Source of the DNA: Minisyncoccota bacterium
GTDB taxonomy: Bacteria; Patescibacteriota; Minisyncoccia; Phycocordibacterales; WO2-35-19
Length of the DNA stretch: 64,000 nucleotides
Assembly (NCBI GenBank): GCA_036517255.1
Contig: DATDXE010000017.1
Location: 39,599-103,598 of the forward strand
Reading direction: 5' to 3'
Below the pieces are notes generated by a model. The model did no database searches, was not told the origin of the DNA, and worked only from the letters and a program-made list of their open reading frames with translations. This document shows, one piece after another, positions 27,556-37,154 of this stretch (positions are counted from its first letter, which is position 1; each line of letters starts with the position of its first letter). Position numbers and translations under genes: made by a program.

Positions 27556-29229
27556 ATGTCACCTATTCGTTTTGAGATAGAAAAGAAAATCCCAAATTCC
27601 CTCGGGCGGGCCGGTAGGTTGAGTACACCTCATGGAGATATTTTGACTCCTGCTTTTGTAGCAGTCGGAACGAAAGGGACAGTGAAATCGCTTACTCCAG
27701 AAGAGATAAGAGAAGCGGGAAGTCAGGTCGTGCTTGCAAATACTTATCATCTCTATCTGCAGCCAGGGGATAAGATAATTAAAGAGGCAGGAGGATTACA
27801 TAAATTTATGAATTGGGGTGGCCCCACTTTCACTGATTCTGGCGGTTTCCAAGCTTTCTCTCTCGGTGTAGCTTATGGTAACGGGATAGGGAAGTTTATA
27901 GCCGCAAATGAACCTGATCAGGAGATAATGGAAAGATTGAAAGAAGAAAATAAGCCCGCCCGCCTCGATAACGAGAGCGTTTCGGGCGGGGAAAAATTAG
28001 CAGAAAGAAAATCGAAGGTAACAGAAGAAGGAGTGGAATTTGTATCAGTGCTCGATGGCAGTAAACATTTTATGTCACCGGAAGACTCTATAAGAATTCA
28101 GAATGACATTGGAGCTGATATGATATTTGCTCTGGACGAATTTACTTCTCCTCATGCCGATCACGCAAAGATAAAAGCGACTATTGAAAGGACAGAAAGA
28201 TGGGCGAAGAGGTGTTTGGAGGCGCATAAGAAGGGCCTCACCCCCGACCCCTCTCCCAAGGAGAGGGGGGATCGCTTCGGTTGGGATACTGCGATTAAGC
28301 TTAAGTTTAGGAACTTACAGGAGCAAGCACTTTTATTTAGAAAGAACCCAACAGAAGCTGAAAAGATTTTATGGGAGCGTTTGAGAGGCAATTTCAATGG
28401 TCTTCATTTTAGGAGACAACATGTTGTGGGACATTTTATAGTAGATTTTGTGTGTTTGGCTAATGGATTAGTCATTGAAGTTGATGGTGATATTCACGAT
28501 GATCAAGTAGAGAGAGATCAAGAAAGGACAAATTTCTTAGAACAATCCGGTTTTAAAGTTGTTAGATTCAGAAATGAAGAAGTTCTGAATAATGTCGACG
28601 TTGTTATAAAACAGATTATCGGCATTTTGAAAGCCCTCCCCTTGGGGGAGGGTTTGGGAGGGGCCTCTTCCCAAGCTCTCTTCGGCATCGTCCAGGGCGG
28701 TCGGCATGAGGATTTGCGCAAGCAGTCGGCCAAGTCGATCGGTAATATGGATTTCGATGGTTTTGGTATTGGCGGTACTTTCGTGAAAGAAGATATGGCG
28801 ACGGCAGTGCATTGGGTAAACGAAGTTTTGCCAGAAGAAAAACCACGACACCTTCTCGGGGTGGGGGAGCCTGTGGATTTAATTTTAGGCGTGGAAGAAG
28901 GTTGTGATACTTTCGATTGTGTTGCTCCCACCCGTATTGCTCGCAACGGTACTCTTTATACTCGCAACGGAAAAATAAATATTACAAACGCAAAATACAG
29001 TAATTTTTTTGAGCCGATAGAAAAGGGTTGTGGCTGTTATACTTGCAAGAATTATACGTGTGCTTATGTGTCGCACTTATTTCGGGCTAAAGAAATGCTT
29101 GCGGCCACTCTCGCTAGTATCCACAATCTCTATTTTTTGAATAATCTCATGACTGAAATTCGGCAGAGCATTCTAGATGGTAAATTTACTGAATTAAAAG
29201 AAGAATTTTTAGGTAAGTATAAATCTTAA
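27556..29229 (+). CDS. tgt: Queuine tRNA-ribosyltransferase (tRNA-guanine transglycosylase) carrying an in-frame ~145-aa DUF559 endonuclease-like insertion
   Basis: Tgt N-terminal block (…LTPAFVAVGTKGTVKSL…LANTYHLYLQPG…FTDSGGFQ…), central …ALFGIVQGG…FDGFGIGG…, C-terminal Zn site CGCYTCKNYTCAYVSHL; inserted segment matches the DUF559 signature. Confidence 0.8.
   Translation: MSPIRFEIEKKIPNSLGRAGRLSTPHGDILTPAFVAVGTKGTVKSLTPEEIREAGSQVVLANTYHLYLQPGDKIIKEAGGLHKFMNWGGPTFTDSGGFQAFSLGVAYGNGIGKFIAANEPDQEIMERLKEENKPARLDNESVSGGEKLAERKSKVTEEGVEFVSVLDGSKHFMSPEDSIRIQNDIGADMIFALDEFTSPHADHAKIKATIERTERWAKRCLEAHKKGLTPDPSPKERGDRFGWDTAIKLKFRNLQEQALLFRKNPTEAEKILWERLRGNFNGLHFRRQHVVGHFIVDFVCLANGLVIEVDGDIHDDQVERDQERTNFLEQSGFKVVRFRNEEVLNNVDVVIKQIIGILKALPLGEGLGGASSQALFGIVQGGRHEDLRKQSAKSIGNMDFDGFGIGGTFVKEDMATAVHWVNEVLPEEKPRHLLGVGEPVDLILGVEEGCDTFDCVAPTRIARNGTLYTRNGKINITNAKYSNFFEPIEKGCGCYTCKNYTCAYVSHLFRAKEMLAATLASIHNLYFLNNLMTEIRQSILDGKFTELKEEFLGKYKS
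27954..27991. repeat. GC-rich palindrome GCCCGCCCG-N20-CGGGCGGGG lying in-frame in the tgt 5' region
   Basis: Read directly; encodes …KPARLDNESVSGGEK…. Confidence 0.45.
28232..28672 (+). mobile_element. DUF559 (Vsr/restriction-endonuclease-like) domain insertion inside tgt, bounded by GC-rich hairpins (28248-28268 CCCCTCTCC/GAGAGGGG; 28634-28652 CCCTCCC/GGGAGGG)
   Basis: …EAEKILWERLRGNFNGLHFRRQHVVGHFIVDFVCLANGLVIEVDGDIHD…RDQERTNFLEQSGFKVVRFRNEEV… is the DUF559 signature; visibly GC-richer than flanks; reading frame of tgt preserved. Confidence 0.55.
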
Positions 29230-29258
29230 TTTCTTGCTATCATTGAAGGCTTATTTAT

Positions 29259-31340
29259 ATGCACGGTAAATTCAAAATAAAAAGTACCCATAAACCTGCT
29301 GGGGATCAACCGAAGGCTATAGAGAGTTTAGTGAAAGGATTGAAGAAAGGTTTGAGCAGTCAGACCCTTTTAGGTGTAACGGGAAGCGGTAAGACATTTA
29401 CGATGGCTAATGTCATAGAAGCCGTGCAAAAACCGACTCTTGTCATTGCTCATAATAAGACATTAGCTGCTCAATTAGCTCAAGAGTATCGAGAATTTTT
29501 TCCCGATAACGCTGTGCATTATTTTGTCTCTTATTACGATTTCTACCAGCCAGAAGCCTATATGCCAGTCACCGACACTTATATAGAGAAAGAGGCCATG
29601 ATCAATGAGGAAATAGAAAGATTGCGTCATGCTTCGACTCAGGCACTCTTGACCAGGAAAGACGTGATAATAGTCGCTTCAGTATCGTGCATTTATGGTT
29701 TAGGCAGTCCTGAAGAATACGAAAAAGTAAACCTTAAAATAATAAAAGACCAAAAAATTGCTCGGGGAGATTTTATGCGCAATCTGATAGCTATACATTA
29801 TGAAAGGACTACCCTCGATCTGAAATCTGGCTTTTTTCGGGCTCTTGGGAATACAATCGAGGTCATTCCAGTCTCAGAGAATAATATTTACAGAATAGAA
29901 ATTGCAGAAGACAGGATCCAAAAAATCCAGAAGATAGATGCTATCACTAGACAAGTAATAGAAGAGCCAGAAACATTTTATTTGTTTCCTGCAAAACACT
30001 TTATTACGAGTGACGAGAAGCTCAAGGTTGCATTCAAAACTATAAAATCCGAACTAAGCGATCAACTAAAGAAGTTTGAAAAAGAAGGCAAAATTCTAGA
30101 AGCCGATAGGCTGAAAAGAAGAACAAGTTATGATCTCGCTATGATAAAAGAGATAGGCTATTGTAATGGTATTGAAAATTATTCTCGTCATTTTGATGGG
30201 AGATCAGTCGGTGAACCAGCTCACACTCTTCTATCGTATTTTCCACGCACTTCCGATGGAAAGTCCGATTTTCTCACTATAATAGATGAGTCGCATGTTA
30301 CTGTTCCTCAAATCGGAGCGATGTACGCTGGGGATCAAGCGAGGAAAGCAACATTGGTGGAACATGGTTTTAGATTGCCATCAGCGAAAGATAATCGTCC
30401 TCTCAGGTTTGAAGAGTTTGAACAGAGAGTGGGACAAGTAATTTATACTTCAGCTACTCCTGCCAAATATGAAATCGAACATAGTCAAAACGTCGCCGAG
30501 CAGGTTATTCGACCAACTGGTCTTATTGATCCAGAGGTAAGCATCCGGCCGATCACGGGAAGTTACCAAGGGTCACCCTTGGCCGGAGCCCTTGGGCCAA
30601 AGGTGACCCTTGGTAACCAAGCAAGATATCAGGGCCAAATCCAAGATTTCATTAAGGAAGCTGAAAAGGATGTAAAAAAGGGGGGTAGAGCTATTGCCAC
30701 TACTCTTACTAAGAAGATGGCTGAAGACCTTTCAGAATACTTGAAGGATAAAAAAATAAAAGCAGAGTACTTACATAGCGATATTAAAACAATAGAGAGA
30801 ATAGAGATACTAACAAAATTTAGGAGGGGTTCAAAGAATGGAGGGTTTGATGTGCTTGTGGGTGTAAATCTTTTGCGGGAAGGACTCGACCTGCCAGAAG
30901 TTTCCTTCATCGGAATTTTGGATGCCGATAAAGAAGGTTTCCTGCGAAGCGAAACTTCACTTATTCAAATCATCGGTCGTGCCGCCAGGAATGTGGACGG
31001 TAGAGTCGTCCTTTATGCTGATCGTGTCACTGGTTCTATGGAAAGAGCAATAGGGGAAACCAATCGTCGTCGAGCTATTCAGCTTGAATACAATGAAAAG
31101 CATGGTATTACTCCGCAAACTATCATAAAAGAAATCAAAGATATTACTGATCAACTTCAAAAAGGGCACAGAGAGGTGGTGGGGGCGCTCCTCAAAATTG
31201 ATTCTAAAAATAAAAATATTCCAAAACTTATCCGCACCAAAGAAAAACAAATGAATGCCTCGGTCAAAATCCTTGACTTCGAAACTGCCGCTATCCTCAG
31301 GGATGAAATAAAAGAGCTAGAGAAAATAGCCTCTAAGTAG
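29259..31340 (+). CDS. uvrB: Excinuclease ABC subunit B
   Basis: …LLGVTGSGKTFTMANVI…, helicase motifs, C-terminal UVR motif; in-frame palindromic insertion at 30561-30618. Confidence 0.9.
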   Translation: MHGKFKIKSTHKPAGDQPKAIESLVKGLKKGLSSQTLLGVTGSGKTFTMANVIEAVQKPTLVIAHNKTLAAQLAQEYREFFPDNAVHYFVSYYDFYQPEAYMPVTDTYIEKEAMINEEIERLRHASTQALLTRKDVIIVASVSCIYGLGSPEEYEKVNLKIIKDQKIARGDFMRNLIAIHYERTTLDLKSGFFRALGNTIEVIPVSENNIYRIEIAEDRIQKIQKIDAITRQVIEEPETFYLFPAKHFITSDEKLKVAFKTIKSELSDQLKKFEKEGKILEADRLKRRTSYDLAMIKEIGYCNGIENYSRHFDGRSVGEPAHTLLSYFPRTSDGKSDFLTIIDESHVTVPQIGAMYAGDQARKATLVEHGFRLPSAKDNRPLRFEEFEQRVGQVIYTSATPAKYEIEHSQNVAEQVIRPTGLIDPEVSIRPITGSYQGSPLAGALGPKVTLGNQARYQGQIQDFIKEAEKDVKKGGRAIATTLTKKMAEDLSEYLKDKKIKAEYLHSDIKTIERIEILTKFRRGSKNGGFDVLVGVNLLREGLDLPEVSFIGILDADKEGFLRSETSLIQIIGRAARNVDGRVVLYADRVTGSMERAIGETNRRRAIQLEYNEKHGITPQTIIKEIKDITDQLQKGHREVVGALLKIDSKNKNIPKLIRTKEKQMNASVKILDFETAAILRDEIKELEKIASK
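30561..30618. repeat. Two tandem copies of the palindromic element (CCAAGGGTCACCCTTGG at 30565-30581; CCAAAGGTGACCCTTGG at 30596-30612) in-frame inside uvrB
   Basis: Read directly; encodes …GSYQGSPLAGALGPKVTLGNQ…. Confidence 0.6.
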
Positions 31341-31390
31341 TAAAATACAAAGGTATATATCTTGAAATTAAAAATTAAAAATTTTACACT

Positions 31391-32590
31391 ATGTCCTTAA
31401 AATCTGGGGTGGGTATCAGTCAAGGAGATGATTCATATACTGTCGGAGCCAATGCTTGTCAGGACGCTATAAATAATTTAGGGGAAAGCGACCCAAGCCT
31501 CCTCATCGTATTTTCTTCTGTAAAGTACGATCAGCAAAAAATGCTTGATGGGGTGCGTTCGGTTAGTCCTAAAGCACTTCTCGTTGGTTCCTCTACTGCG
31601 GGAGAAATTACTACTAATGGTCCTGCTAAGTATAATTCTGTCGCGGTGATGGCCATCAAATCCTCCGATATTAAATTTTACGCTGGGGTAGGGGAGGATA
31701 TCGCGAGTGGTGCGAGGGAGGCTGGCAGGAGAGCAGCAGATGCAGTAAAGGCTTTAGCGCAGGAACCGCTGAAAACATTCATGATGATTCCCGATGTACT
31801 CGTGGGTAATGGAGCTGAAATAGTGCGAGGGGTGCTCGATTCTTTAGGAGAGCATTTTCCTGTCGTCGGCGGGGCTTCTGGTGATGATTTCGAATTTAAA
31901 AAAACCTATCAGTATTTGAACGACAAGGTTTATTCCGGGGTGATTATTGGCCTAGGACTTACCGGTAACTTCAAAATAGGCATAGGAGTGAAGCATGGCT
32001 GGATACCGGTAGGTGAACCTCTAAAAGTAACTAAATCTTCTGGTTCGATCCTACATGAACTTGATGGCAAGCCAGCTATAAAAATTTATGAAGATTATTT
32101 TGGTGAGGACGAAGCTAAATCTTTACGCACCGAAACTCTTGCCAAGCTTGCCATTACTTATCCTTTGGGTATGAAAGTAGAAGGCAGTGATGAACTCTTG
32201 ATTAGAGATCCAATAACAGTCGATGCTGCAGGTTCCATCACTTGTGCGGCAGAAATACCAGAAGGCTCTGATATCCGCCTTATGGTTGGTAGTCGTGAAG
32301 AAGCTGTAAAGGTGGCTAAGGCTGCAGCCATAAGTGCAGTAGAGCAGCTTGGTGGTGAAAAACCAAAAGCTGTCATTATCTTCAACTGTATTGCTCGCAG
32401 TAAACTTTTTGGTGATCGTTCGGGAGAAGAAATAGATGCTATACAAGAAGCCGTAGGAACGGACGTTCCCCTAATCGGTTTCTATACCTATGGTGAGCAG
32501 GCGCCTCTTGGAGGTGAGGTGCGTAATATAGAAAAGTGTAACCCCGCATTCCATAACGAGACGGTAGTTATTTGTGTTTTAGCTGATTAA
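31391..32590 (+). CDS. FIST-domain protein (FIST-N + FIST-C putative sensor)
   Basis: 399 aa; …LLVGSSTAGEITTNG… and the C-terminal half match the FIST domain layout; directly upstream of a histidine kinase. Confidence 0.6.
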   Translation: MSLKSGVGISQGDDSYTVGANACQDAINNLGESDPSLLIVFSSVKYDQQKMLDGVRSVSPKALLVGSSTAGEITTNGPAKYNSVAVMAIKSSDIKFYAGVGEDIASGAREAGRRAADAVKALAQEPLKTFMMIPDVLVGNGAEIVRGVLDSLGEHFPVVGGASGDDFEFKKTYQYLNDKVYSGVIIGLGLTGNFKIGIGVKHGWIPVGEPLKVTKSSGSILHELDGKPAIKIYEDYFGEDEAKSLRTETLAKLAITYPLGMKVEGSDELLIRDPITVDAAGSITCAAEIPEGSDIRLMVGSREEAVKVAKAAAISAVEQLGGEKPKAVIIFNCIARSKLFGDRSGEEIDAIQEAVGTDVPLIGFYTYGEQAPLGGEVRNIEKCNPAFHNETVVICVLAD

Positions 32591-32595
32591 AATCT

Positions 32596-33510
32596 ATGGA
32601 TTTATTTTCTTTATTTGTTAAAGAAAACGTAGCTATTGTCATCGGGGCTATCATCACATGTATCTTTATATACAAATTTTCCACTGAATCTAGACTTCGA
32701 AGTCTGCGAGACAAGGTAACCAAACTTGAAGAAGTTTCCAAGGATCACAGTAAAAGTGCCACTCTCCTTATTAGGCGTGATTTGGAATTGCAAAGAGCGA
32801 CTGAAAAAATGCGGGAGTTGGACAAAATAAAATCAAACTTTATCTCGGTTGTGGCACACCAACTACGCACTCCGCTCTCTGGTATTAAGTGGACTTTAAA
32901 CATGATTATTTCTGGAGAACTAGGGCCTATAAATAATGAACAAAAAACTTTTCTGCTCAAGAGCTATGAAAGTAATGATAGGATGATAAATTTAGTCAAT
33001 GATATGCTCGGGGCCGACAGGGTGCAGTCAGGCAAAGTGCATTACAATTTTAGGTATATCGATATTCTTGATCTTTTAGATAATGTGCTTTTTGAAATGT
33101 CCTCTCAGGCTCATAAAAAAAACGTCTCAGTGGAATTTAATGAAAAAATAGCTTTTCTGCCCAAAGTTTGTGTCGATCCGGATACGATGCGAGCAGTATT
33201 CCAGAATTTGCTTGAGAACTCTATAAAATATACAATTGATGGAGGTAAGATAATTATAGGAGCGAAGACAGAAGGCAAAAACGTCCTCATAGAAATTAGC
33301 GATAACGGTATCGGTATCCCTAAGGTTGAACAAAACAATGTCTTCAATCGTTTTTTTAGAGCTACTAATGCTGTTAAAAAAGAAACAGATGGTTCAGGTT
33401 TGGGCTTATTTATTGCCAAGTCTGTAGTAGAAAAGCATGGAGGCAAGATCTGGTTTGAGAGCGAAGAAGGTCAGGGCACTAAATTTTTCTTCACCATACC
33501 AATCACTTAA
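32596..33510 (+). CDS. Sensor histidine kinase (one N-terminal TM, HisKA + HATPase_c)
   Basis: H-box …SVVAHQLRTPLSGIKW…; N, G1, G2 boxes (…NLLENSIKYT…, …DNGIGIP…, …GSGLGL…). Confidence 0.8.
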   Translation: MDLFSLFVKENVAIVIGAIITCIFIYKFSTESRLRSLRDKVTKLEEVSKDHSKSATLLIRRDLELQRATEKMRELDKIKSNFISVVAHQLRTPLSGIKWTLNMIISGELGPINNEQKTFLLKSYESNDRMINLVNDMLGADRVQSGKVHYNFRYIDILDLLDNVLFEMSSQAHKKNVSVEFNEKIAFLPKVCVDPDTMRAVFQNLLENSIKYTIDGGKIIIGAKTEGKNVLIEISDNGIGIPKVEQNNVFNRFFRATNAVKKETDGSGLGLFIAKSVVEKHGGKIWFESEEGQGTKFFFTIPIT

Positions 33511-33519
33511 TTTATTTTA

Positions 33520-34326
33520 ATGTTACAGAATATGAAAAAAATACTTATAATAGAGGACGATTCCTTTTTGGGTGATGTTTTGGTGCAAAAACTAAAAGGT
33601 GAAGGTTTTGAGGTTTCTCTCGCTCGAGATGGTGCAGAAGGATTGAAAGACATAAGAGAAATAAAACCTGACTTAATCCTGCTAGACATTGTTCTTCCAA
33701 CCATGAATGGATACGAAATACTTGAAGCCAAACAGGCTGATAAAGAAATATCGACTATTCCTGTTATCGTCATTTCTAACTCTGGTCAACCCGTCGAGAT
33801 AAGTAGAGTCCTTTCTCTGGGAGTGAAGGATTATTTAGTGAAAGCCCAGTTCGATCCTCAAGAAGTAGTTTCGAAGGTGAAGTCGCAACTCATCAAGGGT
33901 AATGAGGCTGCAGGTTCTAAAACTTCTGGAGAATTACCTCGGGGGGCCGCTGCTCTTGCCGGTAAGAAGGTTATGTGGGTGGAAGATGATAAATTTCTTT
34001 CCGATATTATTGCTCGAAAGCTCTCTTCAACCGGCTGTACGCTCTTTCATGCTCCTGATGGTGAAGCCGCTTTAAAATTGATAGCTGAGCAAATGCCGGA
34101 TATAATTATGCTCGATGTTCTTCTCCCGGGTATGGATGGATTTGAAGTATTACATCGTATTAAAGCTGATCCTAAAACAAGTAAGGTTCCAGTTATAATG
34201 CTTTCAAACTTGAATCAAAAGGTCGATATCGATAAGAGTAAGGAGTTGGGGGCAGCTCAATTTTTGGTCAAAGCTACCATGTCTCTCGATGAAATTATCG
34301 AGAATATTCGTCTTATTCTTAAATAG
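33520..34326 (+). CDS. Response regulator with two tandem receiver (REC) domains and no output domain
   Basis: Two CheY-like blocks (…KKILIIEDD…[10 protein letters not shown]…; …KKVMWVEDD…[14 protein letters not shown]…). Confidence 0.8.
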   Translation: MLQNMKKILIIEDDSFLGDVLVQKLKGEGFEVSLARDGAEGLKDIREIKPDLILLDIVLPTMNGYEILEAKQADKEISTIPVIVISNSGQPVEISRVLSLGVKDYLVKAQFDPQEVVSKVKSQLIKGNEAAGSKTSGELPRGAAALAGKKVMWVEDDKFLSDIIARKLSSTGCTLFHAPDGEAALKLIAEQMPDIIMLDVLLPGMDGFEVLHRIKADPKTSKVPVIMLSNLNQKVDIDKSKELGAAQFLVKATMSLDEIIENIRLILK

Positions 34327-34401
34327 AAAGAGGTTTTTTTCTGTGTTATACTGCTGCACATATACCCCCTAAAGCGAAGAGAGGGGTGTTGTTTTGTACC
34401 C

Positions 34402-37095
34402 ATGAATAAAAATATAAACAATAAAAGAGAAGTAAGAAAAGAGGAACTACTTATAGTAAAAGGAGCTCGTACCCACAATCTCAAAAATATTACAGTAGAA
34501 ATGCCACGTAATAAGATGGTGGCTTTCACTGGTCTTTCTGGTTCGGGCAAATCTTCTCTCGCGTTTGATACTATATTTGCTGAAGGCCAGCGGCGTTATG
34601 TGGAGTCACTTTCTTCTTATGCTCGTCAATTCTTGAGGCAAATGGCTAAGCCTGATGTGGATGAAATATCGGGCCTTTCTCCCGCCATATCGATCGATCA
34701 GAAATCGCGTTCCAACAATCCTCGTTCTACCGTAGCTACAATTACGGAAATCTATGACTATTTACGCGTCCTGTATTCACGCATTGGTCGGCCGCACTGC
34801 CTGACTTGCGGAGAGGAAATTAAACGCTTATCAAATGATGAGATCAAAAATTTTATTCTTGAAAAGGTTTCAAAAACGGAAAAGAAAGATTTATCTTCTC
34901 AGAAAGTCCTCGGATCTCCGAAGAAAACTTCGGCCAGACTTTCTTCTAAGACAAATTTTCCTTTTCCTATTTATTTAGAACTTTTTGCTCCGATAGTAAG
35001 AGGTAGGAAGGGAGAGTACTACCAACTTCTTTACGATATGCTTGGTAAAGGTTACACAGAGGCTGTGATAGATGGTAAGCGTCAGAGTTTGCGAGAAAGA
35101 ATAGAACTTTCAAAAACAAAACGTCACGACATTTCTGTCCTTGTCGATTCGATTAATGTGGCTGATTTTACTACTGATCCAAAAGCGGCAAATGAAAGAT
35201 TGTCGGAATCACTTGAACACGCTCTCTCTGAAGCTGATGGTTTAGTAGAGATTTCTTTCCGTGATATCGGAAAAGATGGGCATCTTCAAAAAGATTCCCT
35301 TGAAGATGCCCATCAAGGAGAGAAAACTATTATGTCCAACAAATTTGCTTGCCCGAATGATGGCTATTCTTATCCAGAAATAGAACCTCGTCTTTTTTCC
35401 TTTAACTCTCCTTATGGAGCTTGTCCAGAATGTAATGGGTTAGGAACACGACATTTTTTTGGTGATGAAGTTTGTCCAGTTTGTCATGGTGCCAGACTCC
35501 GTCCTGAGGCTCTTCAGGTTTTAATCGGTGGTAAAAATATAGTTCATTTTACCTCGCTCTCCATCAAAGATGCTTTTGAATTTCTTGATTCAGCCACGTT
35601 AACTCTCCGAGAGAAAAATATTTCAAAGGTAATAGTAAGAGAAATAGAATCGAGGCTTAGGTTTATGCTAAATGTTGGTATCGAGTACCTTTCACTCGAT
35701 CGTAGGGCACACACACTTTCTGGCGGTGAGGCCCAGCGTATAAGGCTTGCGAGCCAGCTTGGTTCAGGTCTTGTAGGAGCTCTTTATGTGCTGGATGAAC
35801 CGACGATCGGTCTTCATTCTCGTGACAACGAAAGATTGATCAAGACTCTTCTGGAGCTAAGAGATTTTGGTAATACCATTCTTGTGGTAGAACATGATGA
35901 AGATACTATTTTTGCTTCCGATTACATTATTGATATTGGTCCAGGAGCTGGTGTGCATGGTGGGGAAGTAGTGGCTTCTGGCTGGCTTGATGACTTACTT
36001 ACCGCTAAAAAAAATGATTCTGGTTCCCGTACACTTGCATATCTTCGTGGGGAGGATCATATACAAATTCCGGACGAGAGGCGTACTCAAGATAAGGGTA
36101 AACTGGCAATCAGGAGTGGTAATATTTTTAACATAAAAAATATGGACGTGGATGTGCCCCTAGGCCGCATGGTGGCCATAACCGGTGTATCTGGTTCGGG
36201 TAAATCATCATTTGTGTACGAAATTATCCATAAGAATTTGCAAGCACGATTTGAAAGAAAATATCGTAGCAACGAGACTTACAATTGCGCTTCTTTCACT
36301 GGTAGTGAATATCTGGGGCGTTCGATACTTATCGACCAGTCACCGATCGGGCGTACTCCACGATCAAATCCAGCCACGTACACTGGAGCTTGGAGTTTTA
36401 TTCGTGAACTTTTTGCTGAGAGTTCAGAGGCCCGTGTCCGTGGCTGGGGTCCAAGTCGATTTTCTTTCAATGTTAAAGGAGGTCGTTGCGAAACTTGTCA
36501 GGGTAATGGGGAAATAGAAGTAGAAATGCATTTCCTGCCTACTGTTTATGTGCCGTGTGATGTCTGTGGGGGAAAGAGGTTTATGAAAGAAACTTTGGAG
36601 ATCAGGTATAAAAAGAAAAGCATTTACGATGTGCTCAAAATGACGGTGGAGGAAGCCCTCAAATTTTTTGAAGATATTCCTGCAATTTACGATCGGTTGA
36701 AAACTATGGATGAGGTGGGCTTAGGTTACTTACAGCTTGGCCAATCAGCCACCACTCTTTCAGGTGGGGAAGCTCAGAGAGTCAAAATTTCATCTGAACT
36801 ATACAGACCTCATATTCAAAAAACAGTTTATATTTTGGATGAGCCAACCATAGGTTTGCATTACGATGATGTTAAGAAGCTCTTAGCTATCTTGCAAAAA
36901 CTTATCGACAAAGGCAATACAGTCATAGTCATCGAACACAATCTCGATCTCATAAAAAATGCCGACTATGTGATCGATATCGGTCCTGAAGGCGGGATAG
37001 GGGGTGGTAAAGTCGTAGCCAAAGGCACCCCCGAAGAAGTGGCCAACAACAAAAATTCCTACACCGGTGCTTATCTCAAAAAAGCACTCAAGTAG
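34402..37095 (+). CDS. uvrA: Excinuclease ABC subunit A
   Basis: Two ABC modules (…[16 protein letters not shown]…; …[11 protein letters not shown]…), …[12 protein letters not shown]… signatures, Zn-finger Cys clusters. Confidence 0.9.
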   Translation: MNKNINNKREVRKEELLIVKGARTHNLKNITVEMPRNKMVAFTGLSGSGKSSLAFDTIFAEGQRRYVESLSSYARQFLRQMAKPDVDEISGLSPAISIDQKSRSNNPRSTVATITEIYDYLRVLYSRIGRPHCLTCGEEIKRLSNDEIKNFILEKVSKTEKKDLSSQKVLGSPKKTSARLSSKTNFPFPIYLELFAPIVRGRKGEYYQLLYDMLGKGYTEAVIDGKRQSLRERIELSKTKRHDISVLVDSINVADFTTDPKAANERLSESLEHALSEADGLVEISFRDIGKDGHLQKDSLEDAHQGEKTIMSNKFACPNDGYSYPEIEPRLFSFNSPYGACPECNGLGTRHFFGDEVCPVCHGARLRPEALQVLIGGKNIVHFTSLSIKDAFEFLDSATLTLREKNISKVIVREIESRLRFMLNVGIEYLSLDRRAHTLSGGEAQRIRLASQLGSGLVGALYVLDEPTIGLHSRDNERLIKTLLELRDFGNTILVVEHDEDTIFASDYIIDIGPGAGVHGGEVVASGWLDDLLTAKKNDSGSRTLAYLRGEDHIQIPDERRTQDKGKLAIRSGNIFNIKNMDVDVPLGRMVAITGVSGSGKSSFVYEIIHKNLQARFERKYRSNETYNCASFTGSEYLGRSILIDQSPIGRTPRSNPATYTGAWSFIRELFAESSEARVRGWGPSRFSFNVKGGRCETCQGNGEIEVEMHFLPTVYVPCDVCGGKRFMKETLEIRYKKKSIYDVLKMTVEEALKFFEDIPAIYDRLKTMDEVGLGYLQLGQSATTLSGGEAQRVKISSELYRPHIQKTVYILDEPTIGLHYDDVKKLLAILQKLIDKGNTVIVIEHNLDLIKNADYVIDIGPEGGIGGGKVVAKGTPEEVANNKNSYTGAYLKKALK

Positions 37096-37154
37096 GAATT
37101 ACCTATCTGAGTATGTCAAACTCGTATGTTTAAAATTCTTGATATAATTAAGCT

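Noticed and set aside
27556-29229. Possibility that the tgt insertion is an intein
   Set aside because: No intein splicing motifs: no Cys/Ser/Thr at the N-junction, no C-terminal His-Asn plus Cys/Ser/Thr, and no Hint-domain blocks. The insert matches DUF559 instead.
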